Made by a program: the position numbers and the translations under genes
The notes under the pieces: model-generated
Database searches by the model: none
What the model was told of the DNA's origin: nothing
Seen by the model: the letters and a program-made list of their open reading frames with translations, nothing else
Shown: positions 37,989 through 47,733 of the stretch, piece by piece
How the letters are laid out: each line of letters begins with the position of its first letter
How positions within the stretch are numbered: position 1 is the stretch's first letter
Origin: a bacterium
GTDB lineage: Bacteria > Patescibacteriota > Minisyncoccia > JAUYLV01
Assembly: GCA_030649025.1 (NCBI GenBank)
Contig: JAUSGO010000022.1
Span: 9,023-73,022 of the forward strand
Direction: 5' to 3'
DNA: 64,000 nucleotides

Positions 37989-38558
37989 TTGCAGGAATAC
38001 ATAGGCAAAATCGGCGGTTTCGTCGTTTTTTGCGCGCACTTTCCGCTCTATGTAGCGATAGTGCGCAAAACAGTTAGGCCAAGTTTGGCCACGTGGGGCA
38101 TGTGGTCTGTTCTGGCCAGCGCCATGGTAGCCAGCCAGATAGCGGCGGGTAAAAAAGATGTTTGGGGAATGCTCGCGGCGGCCACAGGAACAATCGTGGT
38201 CTTCATTCTTCTTCTGTTCTACGGGGAGAGAAAATGGACCGCGTTTGATACGCGTTGCTTGCTTCTATCAGCTCTGGGCGTGGTTGCCTGGGCAGTGTCT
38301 GGACCAGCAACGGCACAGATCGCATTTCTCGCATCGCTATTTATCGCAGGAGCATCGACGGTGAGAAATGCGTGGCAGAACCCGCAAAATGAGAGCAGGC
38401 TGGCTTGGGGAATGTTCGCTCTGGGTTTTGGCCTGACGGTCATAGCCATCACTAACTGGCACAGTCTGACGATGTGGGTACAGCCAGTATCGAGCACGAT
38501 TTTTAATCTCGTGGTTTTTCTTCTGGCGCTTCGGTGCAAGGGGAAAGCCAAGGCATAA
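37989..38558 (+). CDS. Multi-pass membrane protein (PQ-loop-like)
   Basis: PLY...RPSLATWGMW; SD GGAGG; TTGACA at 37922. Confidence 0.7.
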   Translation: MQEYIGKIGGFVVFCAHFPLYVAIVRKTVRPSLATWGMWSVLASAMVASQIAAGKKDVWGMLAAATGTIVVFILLLFYGERKWTAFDTRCLLLSALGVVAWAVSGPATAQIAFLASLFIAGASTVRNAWQNPQNESRLAWGMFALGFGLTVIAITNWHSLTMWVQPVSSTIFNLVVFLLALRCKGKAKA

Positions 38559-38664
38559 AGCCCGGACTCGCTATCACGCGATGCTCCGGGCTTCACTATT
38601 TTAAAGGACTAGAAAACCGCTCCATACAGGAAGCGGCCTTCTTTTTTTATGTCTTGTATTCCGC

Positions 38665-41061
38665 TTACTGCAAATCAAGCTGTTTTACCTTCTGCCAGGT
38701 TTTCTCGTCGAATACCGTAATACGCTGGGGTGAAAGGATGTAGAGATAATCGTCCAGGTACACTGCCCGCTCGGCTTGAACCTCGGCAAGCGTGGCAACA
38801 AGTTTGAGTTCATCGTTGTCGTAGGAGAACACGTACCCGCCGCGCGACCCGGGCAGGAAGAACACCTTGTGTTTTTGGTCGGCAAGGAACGCATGATGCG
38901 TTTGCGATACGCCGGACCAGTATTCGTTAAGATTGTACTTCGCTTTCTCCACAGGGTTTGCCGGATCCGACACATCGAACAGCGAAACTTTTACCTGTGA
39001 TTGCTCCTGCCCAACGCCAAGCACCCTTGCGGGTGCAAGCGGATGGAGGTAAGAGGAAAATCCGGGAATTTTCAGCTCTCCGGCCTTCTTTGGATTTTTA
39101 GGATCGGAAAGGTCCAGCACGTAGAACGGGTCTATCTGCCGGAACGTGACTACGTACCCCCTGTCTTCTACGAACCGCGCGGAGTAAATGCGCTCGCCAA
39201 GACCCATGTCTTTCACCGACCCGATGATATTAAGACTCCCATCAAGTACATAGACGTCGTTTATGCTTTCAATTCCGGAACCGAATCCCAGACCGAAGGA
39301 ATTGTTCCCTTCAACAGTGATTGCCACCCGAAGATTGCCTTTATATTCATCAAGAGAGAATTGATTCAGAAGCTGGCCCGGAATCTCTCCCGATGCGACG
39401 ACCGAAAATTCCGCGATATCGATTTTTACAACAGCGGTTTTACTCAAATCGCGAGCGTGTTCTTTGAAGTAATCTTTAGCGCGATTCTGAAGTTCGTTTT
39501 CGAGCTTGAGCCGTATATCCTTATCGGAGCTTTCCAGCCGCTGCAGAATAAGCGCAAGCTCGGTCATTTTCGAGGTCTGGCTGATGTCGTAATCTTTGAG
39601 CTTCCTAATTTTTTCGAGAACTTCTCCTGGAATAAGATCTTTCCCTTTTTCGTTGAAAAAATTATAGACAATCTCCACGAAATCTGTCTCCAGAGGATGG
39701 GTGAGATACAGTGCATTTGGCGACATGGAAAGAATAGTTTGAGCGCTTGAGCCCACGACAGAAATACGGCCTTCTATGTTTCCGTCGGCGGGATTTACGG
39801 CCATCGCCGTGAAGGTAACATCCGCAGGCGCGGGACCCACAGGCCGCCAGATTTCAAAACACGGGATGGAAAGGGGACTGCCTTTTACAATCATCGGTAC
39901 GACGGGACAGGGGTTATCGTATGCGATACCGGTGCGGGTTATTACGTAGAGTTTATCTTTATAGAGACGGGCATCCACCATGCCGGTGCTTTCCTTGAAT
40001 TCAAGTTTCCAGACTTCTTTGGGACTTGAGGGATTTGAAATGTCGTAACCCCGGATATCTTCCGATTTTTGATACCCATAGCCATAATACTGCCCATGCG
40101 ACTGCGGCAGAACAACAAGAACATTTTTAGAAACCAGCAAGGTGCCGTTTTTTTCAATTTTTGCGTAAGTTACAAGTTCGCTTGGCGGAAAAGCTTTGAT
40201 GATTTTCGTGTGAGCCGGCGCGGGAGTCGGATAAGGAATAGGCATCCCTATTTCCGGGGAAATCATTTTGGCGTCTGGAGCCGGCATTCCCTGAACATCG
40301 GTCGGTGGCATCTCGAGAGTTTCGCGTATCATAGGCATCGGATAATACCGGGAAAATTGCTGGGAATAATATATTTCTTTGCCGTTCGTTTTTACGATAT
40401 CGGGCTCGTCTATGCCCTGTACTTGTACGTTAGTTTGAGATACGCGTTCGGCTTGTCCACCCCCGCCGCCCTCGCTAAGCGGCATCGCGGCTGGCATGAG
40501 TGCATCTGTTGCGCCTACCATTCTTCCTGCGCTCAAAAATGATTTCATTCCAAATCCTTGTTGTTCTATAGCATCCAAAATATAGGATTTGAACTCTTCG
40601 TCGGAGGCAAATTTTTTAAGTCCTGCCTTTTGAAAAACCGGTGAAACACCAGGAGTTTGAGATTGAGAAGGATCGGCGCTTGCCGAGGGAGAAACTTGGG
40701 GAGCCATTGAAAACGGCCAGGTGTGAAGGTAAAATTTTGCGGACGTAGCATATCCTCCGGCAAGCACGATCGCCACGCCAAAGCCGGTGAGTAGAAGCTT
40801 CATGGAGACCGACGAGGATGCGGTTTCGTACGACTGTACCGCCGGCACAATCGTTGCTCGGTTTACTTGTCCCGAGTATTCCCGGGGGGCTTGCGCCGAG
40901 GAAGCACCCTCCTGTGTGCCGGATACGTCATAAGTTGCCAGAGCGTCTTTGATATCCGCTTCCGGCCAGCCCGCACCTAAAAGATCCTGGCGGATTGCTT
41001 CATCCGCAGTACCTGAGTTTTTTGCCTGCTTAATATAGTCTAACAATTTTTGATTTGGCAT
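38665..41061 (-). CDS. Membrane-anchored beta-propeller domain protein
   Basis: TNVQVQGIDEPDIVKT, LNQFSLDEY, ERIYSARF, VTFRQIDP, GELKIPGFSSYLHP. Confidence 0.88.
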   Translation of the reverse strand: MPNQKLLDYIKQAKNSGTADEAIRQDLLGAGWPEADIKDALATYDVSGTQEGASSAQAPREYSGQVNRATIVPAVQSYETASSSVSMKLLLTGFGVAIVLAGGYATSAKFYLHTWPFSMAPQVSPSASADPSQSQTPGVSPVFQKAGLKKFASDEEFKSYILDAIEQQGFGMKSFLSAGRMVGATDALMPAAMPLSEGGGGGQAERVSQTNVQVQGIDEPDIVKTNGKEIYYSQQFSRYYPMPMIRETLEMPPTDVQGMPAPDAKMISPEIGMPIPYPTPAPAHTKIIKAFPPSELVTYAKIEKNGTLLVSKNVLVVLPQSHGQYYGYGYQKSEDIRGYDISNPSSPKEVWKLEFKESTGMVDARLYKDKLYVITRTGIAYDNPCPVVPMIVKGSPLSIPCFEIWRPVGPAPADVTFTAMAVNPADGNIEGRISVVGSSAQTILSMSPNALYLTHPLETDFVEIVYNFFNEKGKDLIPGEVLEKIRKLKDYDISQTSKMTELALILQRLESSDKDIRLKLENELQNRAKDYFKEHARDLSKTAVVKIDIAEFSVVASGEIPGQLLNQFSLDEYKGNLRVAITVEGNNSFGLGFGSGIESINDVYVLDGSLNIIGSVKDMGLGERIYSARFVEDRGYVVTFRQIDPFYVLDLSDPKNPKKAGELKIPGFSSYLHPLAPARVLGVGQEQSQVKVSLFDVSDPANPVEKAKYNLNEYWSGVSQTHHAFLADQKHKVFFLPGSRGGYVFSYDNDELKLVATLAEVQAERAVYLDDYLYILSPQRITVFDEKTWQKVKQLDLQ

Positions 41062-41232
41062 AATTTGACCTTAAGGATTATAAACGTGAATTCTACATAT
41101 ATAATACATCATTTTAAAAAAACGTACACGATGTATCCCAGTAAGAAATACGGCGCACCGTCGTGCCAGCCAGGATCGAACAAATAAAACTGGTCGCAGA
41201 AGCTACTTGGAGAGGAACCATTCTTTGAACGG

Positions 41233-41811
41233 TCAGTGGGCCAGCCGGGAACGCCGTATGACCAGCATCAGCACGAAAATCGCATTGGCAAGCACCAGGT
41301 AGGAGGGGTAAAGAGCCGTAACAAGAGAAAATTGTTTCAAGGCAACCAAGCCGATGGCAAATTTGACCACGCTAAGGAAGAAGGTGAGTAATGTTTCCTC
41401 ATGGGGTTTTGTAAATGATTTGCGGAACGTCGGAACAAACCCAAGTGCGTCAATGATGGTGACCAGAACGATCGAAAGCAGAGGGCTCTTCGTGATAAAC
41501 CACAAGACTAACGCCATAGCCGCGCCGAGCAAACTTGCCCAGTCTATCGGCAGAATGTTCTTTTTGCTTTGTTTCAGCGCAAAGAAAAAAATAATGAAAT
41601 TTACGAAAGCAGAAAATCCGGTTACCCATGCGCCAGGTCCCCCGCCACCCGCCAACTGGCCGGCGCACCCGATGGATGACAACGTTCCCCACACAAGCCA
41701 CGTAAAAGCATGCGGTTTTGTAGTACCGAGAAAAACATCTCGGAAGTAGGGAATGTAGCTTACAAACGCTACGAGAGTCGCGATAGCGCCAAGAATAATC
41801 TTATAGTCCAT
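41233..41811 (-). CDS. Multi-pass membrane protein, same family as 37989-38558
   Basis: YIPY...TKPHAFTW...PTFRKS..P.EE; start MDYK at 41811. Confidence 0.75.
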   Translation of the reverse strand: MDYKIILGAIATLVAFVSYIPYFRDVFLGTTKPHAFTWLVWGTLSSIGCAGQLAGGGGPGAWVTGFSAFVNFIIFFFALKQSKKNILPIDWASLLGAAMALVLWFITKSPLLSIVLVTIIDALGFVPTFRKSFTKPHEETLLTFFLSVVKFAIGLVALKQFSLVTALYPSYLVLANAIFVLMLVIRRSRLAH

Positions 41812-41941
41812 GGATGCTGAAATTCTCTTACAACAACTCTGCCATGCGCACTCCGAAGAAGCGCCCAAATAACTTTTCTCCTGCATCGCCGACCCCTTTC
41901 GGTTCTACGATACGTTCTTGCCAAGATGTCCCCGCACACGC

Positions 41942-42181
41942 CTAGTTAGCACGGATACTTAAGCCAGGTATCTCAAATATTTTCTGCCGCGAGGCAAAGC
42001 CGGAGACAAGCTTCACGCGCGAGGAAGCAATCCCAAAATGCCGGGCAAGCGCCCGCGCGATCGCATTATTTGCCCGGTCTTCTTTCGGAGGCTCTTTCAC
42101 CAAAACCTTGAAGTGGGTCTTGTCGGCCTGTTCCACCCGCTCATTTTTCGCGTTCGGTTTCGCTCTCACAAATATTTTCAT
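41942..42181 (-). CDS. DUF167/YggU family protein
   Basis: VRAKPNAK...VKEPPKEDRAN...LVSGFASRQK. Confidence 0.88.
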   Translation of the reverse strand: MKIFVRAKPNAKNERVEQADKTHFKVLVKEPPKEDRANNAIARALARHFGIASSRVKLVSGFASRQKIFEIPGLSIRAN

Positions 42182-42212
42182 ATTCCTAAGAATTTACCAA
42201 TCCGTTTCCCAA

Positions 42213-42545
42213 TCAGTTCAAACTAAGCAAAAGCACGAAAAGCGTCATAACGGTGAACGCAAAAAAGATCGCGAGGGTTGAGAAAAGAAGGGAAAGCGCT
42301 TCTTTTTTATTGCCGTCAAGGTACCACAAAATCGGCCTGCCAAAGAGCGCAAGACCCATGAAAGCCGCCGAAAACACAAGCAATAGGAGCATTGCGATAG
42401 GAACAAGAACTGTTTTTTGAGGTCCAAAATTTTTCGGCGCATAGAACATGAACGAGGCCACGGCGATAACATAGAGAGCCGCCCCTAGCGCGTTGAGCAA
42501 GGCGTTTATGATAATTGCGTGTTTTGTATCTTTATGAAAAAACAT
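42213..42545 (-). CDS. Small membrane protein
   Basis: Three hydrophobic helices. Confidence 0.7.
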   Translation of the reverse strand: MFFHKDTKHAIIINALLNALGAALYVIAVASFMFYAPKNFGPQKTVLVPIAMLLLLVFSAAFMGLALFGRPILWYLDGNKKEALSLLFSTLAIFFAFTVMTLFVLLLSLN

Positions 42546-42590
42546 ACGTTCTGCGATTTTTTAATACTTATATTGTGGCACAAGAATTCT

Positions 42591-43490
42591 TTATAAGGTC
42601 CCGTCTGAACTCCCTGTACCCTGGCTGGGTGTTGAAACGGGCATTCCTGTTGGAGGCGGTGATTCTTCAGGCGGATTGGGTAACGCCGCAGAAGAGCTTG
42701 CGGTCATTGCCCTTGGCGTTGTAATTACAGGGTCTGCCGGATTTAAGGTCTGCGTTTTGGATGGCGTGGGGGACGGTCCCTTTGATGGTTCTGCGGTTGG
42801 CTGTGGGGATGGGATCGGAGAGGAAATCGGCGAGATGCTTGGCAATTCTTCCACTCCGATTACGGCAGGGGAGGAACCTATATTTTCCGAATCCACATTG
42901 GCGGTGCCGCAGGTCATTTTACAATACCCAAGCCCCGCCGCCCCGGCCACTCCCGCTACCGCAAGCAAAGCCAATATGTTTTTTAAGATATCCTGGAGAC
43001 GCTTTTGTGACGCGGCCTCTTTCTTCTTTTTCTCTTCATCCTCTTTCTTTTCACTCTCTTCCTCAAGCTCAAGCTCTATCGGTTCTTCAAAATCAAGGCT
43101 TGCCGAATTGATGCGATACTGTACCCGGCCTTCTTTGGCCGGGTCCTTCACCACATAGCCCAAATGACTGCCGCACTCTTTACACGACACCTCTTTTTGT
43201 ATCTTGCCCGCAGGCATCACAGGGGTTAGCGTAAGGCGCTTGATATCCACGGGCTCCTTGAAACTCGGCCAGCCGGTGTTCGAATCAAATTTGGCATCGG
43301 AAGAAAAAAGCACGCTGTTACAGGCAGCGCACACGTATGTCCCCTTCGCTTCGCTATCCCAATACTTGCCGGTATAGGGCCGCTCCTCTCCTTTCTCGCG
43401 CATGACCCTATATTGTTCGGGATTCAATTTCTTTCTGAATCCTTGTTCGTCCATAAGAACATTAGATGTTTTAACTGTGATTTTTGCCAA
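42591..43490 (-). CDS. MsrB-like domain fused to a TM helix and Pro/Ser-rich tail; catalytic Cys absent
   Basis: GTYVCAAC, KFDSNTGWPSF, CKECGSHLG; QYRINS where MsrB has RYCINS. Confidence 0.85.
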   Translation of the reverse strand: MAKITVKTSNVLMDEQGFRKKLNPEQYRVMREKGEERPYTGKYWDSEAKGTYVCAACNSVLFSSDAKFDSNTGWPSFKEPVDIKRLTLTPVMPAGKIQKEVSCKECGSHLGYVVKDPAKEGRVQYRINSASLDFEEPIELELEEESEKKEDEEKKKKEAASQKRLQDILKNILALLAVAGVAGAAGLGYCKMTCGTANVDSENIGSSPAVIGVEELPSISPISSPIPSPQPTAEPSKGPSPTPSKTQTLNPADPVITTPRAMTASSSAALPNPPEESPPPTGMPVSTPSQGTGSSDGTL

Positions 43491-43550
43491 GAAATAGGAC
43501 CAAAAGGCACTTGCAATACTCCGAAACTCCCAGCATTTTTGATCCTTGTT

Positions 43551-44465
43551 TTAAAACCAGTTCTTTCTTTTGAAGAATATAAGGGAGATTGCGGCCAATG
43601 CGGACATCAATGCAAATACGATAAAGAACGAATGGGCAGATTGTTGGAACGGAAGCGGGATATTCATGCCATACATTCCGGTTACAATGATGAAGGGAAG
43701 AGCAATCGTGCCATAGACCGTCAGCACCTTTGATATCTCGTTGGTGCGTTGTGCCATGGTAGAGGCATAAACTTCAAGCGAACCGTTAAGCACGTCGCGG
43801 TATGTTTCAACGAATTCAATGACGCGGATAACGTGTTCATAGAGATCGCGGTAATAATTCTCAAGATCGCCATCGGTTTTAACGCGCGGATGCCTGATAA
43901 GCGTACTCACTACCTCGCGCATACCTCCGGCATTGCGGCGAAAGTCAATAAGGGTGCGCCTAATCTTGAATATTCGCTCAAGCGTTTGCGGTGTGGGATT
44001 CTTCCATGCGTCAGACTCAACGGCCTGGATGCCCTCTCCAATCCTATCAAGTGTTATCAGATAGTTATCGATAATCTCGTCGAGGATCGCATATACAAGA
44101 TGATGCGTATCGGTCGCGTCAACATCGGCGGACTGGGAAAAACGTTCGCGAACGTGCTCGGCCAATGCTCCGGAACGTTCCTCAACCGTCACCAGCGATT
44201 CTGGTTTAATGAACATGTTGAAATCGTCAAAATGGAGCTGATTGATTTTTACCTCAAAACGGGCAATTTTAGCCACTACGAAAACGTAATTTTTGCGCTC
44301 AACGACTTTGGCGATCTGCCGCTTATGATAACAATCCTCTATATCGAGCTTATGGTATCCCTCTGCCTTGGCGAAGTCCTTAAACCGTTCATCGGGAGAT
44401 ACGATGATTGTACGCCAGGGGATGCCCGGCATCGGCTCACTAATAAATTTTTCAGATGAGTTCAT
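43551..44465 (-). CDS. corA: CorA Mg/Co transporter
   Basis: GMYGMN signature and two C-terminal TMs. Confidence 0.92.
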   Translation of the reverse strand: MNSSEKFISEPMPGIPWRTIIVSPDERFKDFAKAEGYHKLDIEDCYHKRQIAKVVERKNYVFVVAKIARFEVKINQLHFDDFNMFIKPESLVTVEERSGALAEHVRERFSQSADVDATDTHHLVYAILDEIIDNYLITLDRIGEGIQAVESDAWKNPTPQTLERIFKIRRTLIDFRRNAGGMREVVSTLIRHPRVKTDGDLENYYRDLYEHVIRVIEFVETYRDVLNGSLEVYASTMAQRTNEISKVLTVYGTIALPFIIVTGMYGMNIPLPFQQSAHSFFIVFALMSALAAISLIFFKRKNWF

Positions 44466-44584
44466 ATGAATGGCCCTAGTAATAAAATGCTCGACGGAGC
44501 GGTAAAAACTACCTTAATTAGCATACCACAAACTTCCTCGACATGCTTGGAACAAGAATATAACCCATAGGGTGCTTATATCCT

Positions 44585-45208
44585 TCAGAATACCGGCGTG
44601 GAGCAGTCTTGCAGGTCTTCTCGCGTAAGCGGCTGGCCGAGTCTTGCCCGCTCACTCATGAGCGAGCAGGGGAGCGCAAGGGGTGATGGGGTGAACCCCA
44701 TCTCAAATTGCTGGGTCGAAAGCCCTCCTCGATGTTCAAAATGGGGGTCGTCAACCTGCTCCAGGGCGCAATATTGACCGATCTTTGCAAGCCGCTTCCA
44801 ATTGATATCAAACCCCTTCCACCGGTCCACCACATCCACCGCATATCCGTAGTTATGAATGCTCTTGCCCGCTTCAGCCCAGCTTACAATATGCCCATCT
44901 ACGGTCCGTCCTTGTTGATATAATTCGGCTTGTTCCTTTATGGTACGAAAACCGGATGTGATGCGCAGGGTATATCCGTAAACGGCGGCGACAGGAATAA
45001 AACATTCGTTCACTTGGGTTATAAAGTTCGCGTTCAGTTCTGTCGGCATGGGAGGCGGGGTGGGGCGGATATACGGTTCCGATGACGAAAATTCTTTGAG
45101 TAGCCGGTTGTGCTGAAAAGTCAGAACCGCTCCGCCAAAAACCACAAATAAAAAGATCGCCACGATAGGTCCTCGATTCGTTTTCTTTTTTTTGAAAAAT
45201 TTTAGCAT
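44585..45208 (-). CDS. M15 family peptidoglycan peptidase (CwlK-like)
   Basis: ITSGFRT..EQ..LY.QGRT, SIHNYGYAVD, DDPHFE; N-terminal TM. Confidence 0.88.
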   Translation of the reverse strand: MLKFFKKKKTNRGPIVAIFLFVVFGGAVLTFQHNRLLKEFSSSEPYIRPTPPPMPTELNANFITQVNECFIPVAAVYGYTLRITSGFRTIKEQAELYQQGRTVDGHIVSWAEAGKSIHNYGYAVDVVDRWKGFDINWKRLAKIGQYCALEQVDDPHFEHRGGLSTQQFEMGFTPSPLALPCSLMSERARLGQPLTREDLQDCSTPVF

Positions 45209-45371
45209 AAAAAAGATTCTTTGCACGCGGGGGCTCCAACCCTCATTTTAACCGTTCGATGATATCCCGTCTAGAACTCATGTCTTTTTATGCGTGTTAA
45301 GATAAACAAAAACAGCCCACAGGGAGCCATTCAGGGTATTTGGACGAGTTTATCTCCGGTAACTACGCAAG

Positions 45372-46073
45372 TTAAGATGTAAGATCAACTTCTATAAGAA
45401 TAAAACGAGAAGCTTCTTTTGCTTTGATGTTCAGCATGCCTTCCTCGGATATTCTTGCCTGGTCACCCGGTAAGAGTTCGCTTCCATGGATCTCAAGTGT
45501 CCCTTGTGTAACATACACGAAGGCGCCGTGCGAAGGCCGGACATTGAAGGTAGCCAAGCCGGCTTTCTTAAGTGTTCCAAGATACACGGTTGCATCGGCT
45601 GTAATGGGAATTGCGCCGGGAAGACTCTCGCCCGAGGCCACCGGCAGAAGCCCACTCTCTTCTTTACTCGGTAAGAACGTTTGCTGATGATATGCGGGAG
45701 TAATTTGCTGTTTTCTTGGTCCGAGCCATATCTGATACAGATGCACCGAGGTTTTCCCATGGTTGAATTCCGAATGGACAACCCCTTTGCCTGCCGACAT
45801 GTGCTGAACATCACCCGGACGCACAATCCCTTTGTTCCCGGCATTATCCTCGTGCGCGAGCTCTCCTTCAAGAACGACGGTCACTATCTCCATGTTTGCG
45901 TGCGGATGCGGCGGGAAACCCGTTTTTGCTGCGACAATGTCATCATTGAACACGCGCAGGTTCCCGAAGTTCATGTTCTCCGGGTCATGGTACGTATCAA
46001 AAGAAAAAAGCCAGTAGGTTCTGAGCCACTCCAGGTCGGTATAATGTCGATTCTTGGCTTTAATAATGCGCAT
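45372..46073 (-). CDS. Pirin family protein (YhhW-like)
   Basis: LRVFNDD, GFPPHPHANMEI, MSAGKGVVHSE. Confidence 0.93.
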   Translation of the reverse strand: MRIIKAKNRHYTDLEWLRTYWLFSFDTYHDPENMNFGNLRVFNDDIVAAKTGFPPHPHANMEIVTVVLEGELAHEDNAGNKGIVRPGDVQHMSAGKGVVHSEFNHGKTSVHLYQIWLGPRKQQITPAYHQQTFLPSKEESGLLPVASGESLPGAIPITADATVYLGTLKKAGLATFNVRPSHGAFVYVTQGTLEIHGSELLPGDQARISEEGMLNIKAKEASRFILIEVDLTS

Positions 46074-46088
46074 GGTCGCGGATGAAGT

Positions 46089-46340
46089 CTATTTCGTTCT
46101 CTTGGAATGGATGAATTCCAATTTCTTATCCCGTCTTAAACTTTTTAGCCGGGCTTCTTTTTTTAACGCCGTGCTTCGAGAACCGCAACGCTCGGCATAT
46201 AAAATTTTTTTAACCCCATGCGACCTGGTATAGCGTCCCCCTTTGCCCTCTTTATGCTCGGCAAATCTCCGCCTGACGTCGGTGGCGATACCGGTGTAAA
46301 TACTGCCGTCTTTGCATCGAATAAGATAGACGGAATACAT
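46089..46340 (-). CDS. GIY-YIG nuclease (YhbQ/UPF0213-like)
   Basis: VYLIRCKDGSIYTGIATD..RR..EH..GKG.RYT. Confidence 0.92.
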   Translation of the reverse strand: MYSVYLIRCKDGSIYTGIATDVRRRFAEHKEGKGGRYTRSHGVKKILYAERCGSRSTALKKEARLKSLRRDKKLEFIHSKRTK

Positions 46341-46344
46341 ACTT

Positions 46345-47307
46345 TTATTTTTCCGACTTTATCTTGTTAAGTATCTTTTTTACTTTTTCCACGCTATCCC
46401 AATCATAAATAGAGAGCGGTAACACGTTTTTTTGTATTTTTTTGAGCAAAGCTATTTTCTTTTTCATTTCTGCTGCGCCTATCGTGTCGCTTTTGGAGAG
46501 GAAGAGGAATTCGGTTTTCTTTGCCAACATTTTGTTATGAGCGGCAAGTTCTTTTTTTATTGTTTTATAATCCCGTACTACGTTAGAAGATTCCGCCGAC
46601 AGCAGATGAAAAAGGACCTTTGTTCGCTCAATGTGGCGCAGAAATTTTGTGCCGAGACCCTTCCCATCCGACGCCCCTTCGATGAGCCCCGGAACGTCCG
46701 CCAAGATAAGCTCCCAGTAGGCCCCCAGATTTGGTTCCAGGGTCGTGAACGGATAATTCGCAACCTTGCTTTTTGCCCGCGTAAGTTCGTTAAGCAGGCT
46801 TGATTTTCCGGCATTGGGCAGGCCGATCAATCCCACATCGGCAATAAACTTAAGTTCCAGGCGCAGAGTAAAATGTTCGCCGGGCCGGCCTTCTTGGTAC
46901 TGGGTGGGCGTGGTGTTGCGTGCCGAACGGAAATGAAAATTTCCCTTTCCGCCAATGCCTCCCTTGGCAACGAGTATCTTCTGCCCTATTTTCAACACCT
47001 CTTGGGCTCTGTCCGTTCCAATTTCTCGGATAACCGTTCCGATGGGAACTTTCAATATCAGGTCGTCTCCGTTGGAACCATCGCGGAATTGCGGCATACC
47101 GGTGCCGCCATGTTCCGTTACCACATCTTTCGCGTATCGGAATTGGCCCAATGCGTTCAGGTCCGACACGCCTTCAAAATAAATACTGCCGCCTCTGCCA
47201 CCAGACCCGCCGGCTGGACCCAAGCTCATAAGATTTTTGTTGAACGCAACAGCGCCCTTTCCGCCATTGCCGGCCTTCACTTTAACTTTGACATCGTCAA
47301 TGAGCAT
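46345..47307 (-). CDS. obgE: GTPase Obg (short, lacks C-terminal domain)
   Basis: Gly-rich Obg fold; GLPNAGKS, YPFTTLEP, DVPG, FLRHIERT. Confidence 0.95.
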   Translation of the reverse strand: MLIDDVKVKVKAGNGGKGAVAFNKNLMSLGPAGGSGGRGGSIYFEGVSDLNALGQFRYAKDVVTEHGGTGMPQFRDGSNGDDLILKVPIGTVIREIGTDRAQEVLKIGQKILVAKGGIGGKGNFHFRSARNTTPTQYQEGRPGEHFTLRLELKFIADVGLIGLPNAGKSSLLNELTRAKSKVANYPFTTLEPNLGAYWELILADVPGLIEGASDGKGLGTKFLRHIERTKVLFHLLSAESSNVVRDYKTIKKELAAHNKMLAKKTEFLFLSKSDTIGAAEMKKKIALLKKIQKNVLPLSIYDWDSVEKVKKILNKIKSEK

Positions 47308-47334
47308 AGGTTTGTTTTTTGGATGGGTCCTTCA

Positions 47335-47357
47335 AAAACCGCCCGAAGGGCGGTTTT
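47335..47357. terminator. Intrinsic terminator
   Basis: AAAACCGCCC-GAA-GGGCGGTTTT. Confidence 0.75.
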
Positions 47358-47372
47358 AAATACAAAGTAGTG

Positions 47373-47579
47373 TTAGGCGGCCATGCTTTTTAGCTTCTCC
47401 GCGGAAAGCGAGGTAAGCCACAGAAGAAAAGGTCTGCGAAGCCTGTCGGTAGGCCACAGGTCATTTTTGAACAATGACGCTTTTTCTATCCGGAAGGAAG
47501 ATAGCGCAACCATGGTTGTCTGCAAATTTGGCGGCGATAGCCTGTTATGGTCTGCTAAAAATTGCTCCTTGTTTGTCAT
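47373..47579 (-). CDS. Small hypothetical protein
   Basis: 68-aa ORF followed by a terminator. Confidence 0.55.
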   Translation of the reverse strand: MTNKEQFLADHNRLSPPNLQTTMVALSSFRIEKASLFKNDLWPTDRLRRPFLLWLTSLSAEKLKSMAA

Positions 47580-47618
47580 AGGGAATTGCCGATTTTGAAT
47601 CTTTTGCTTCTGTACCCA

Positions 47619-47708
47619 TCATACACGTATCCTGCGAATAATCAAGCTCGTAAGCACCCCAACAGCCATTCCGCCTAAAGTATCCGAGGGATAATGCACC
47701 CTCGCAAT
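47619..47708 (-). pseudogene. 3' remnant of a PAP2 phosphatase gene
   Basis: Translates IARVHYPSDTLGGMAVGVLTSLIIRRIRV*; upstream part is missing. Confidence 0.6.
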
Positions 47709-47733
47709 GTTGCGTCTGGCTCTGTGGCTTTTT

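Noticed and set aside
41820-41940. Possible gene remnant (…GDAGEKLFGRFFGVRMAELL*) on the minus strand
   Set aside because: Too short to assign a family without a search
46089-46340. Homing endonuclease or mobile intron
   Set aside because: Short stand-alone YhbQ-type GIY-YIG; no interrupted host gene
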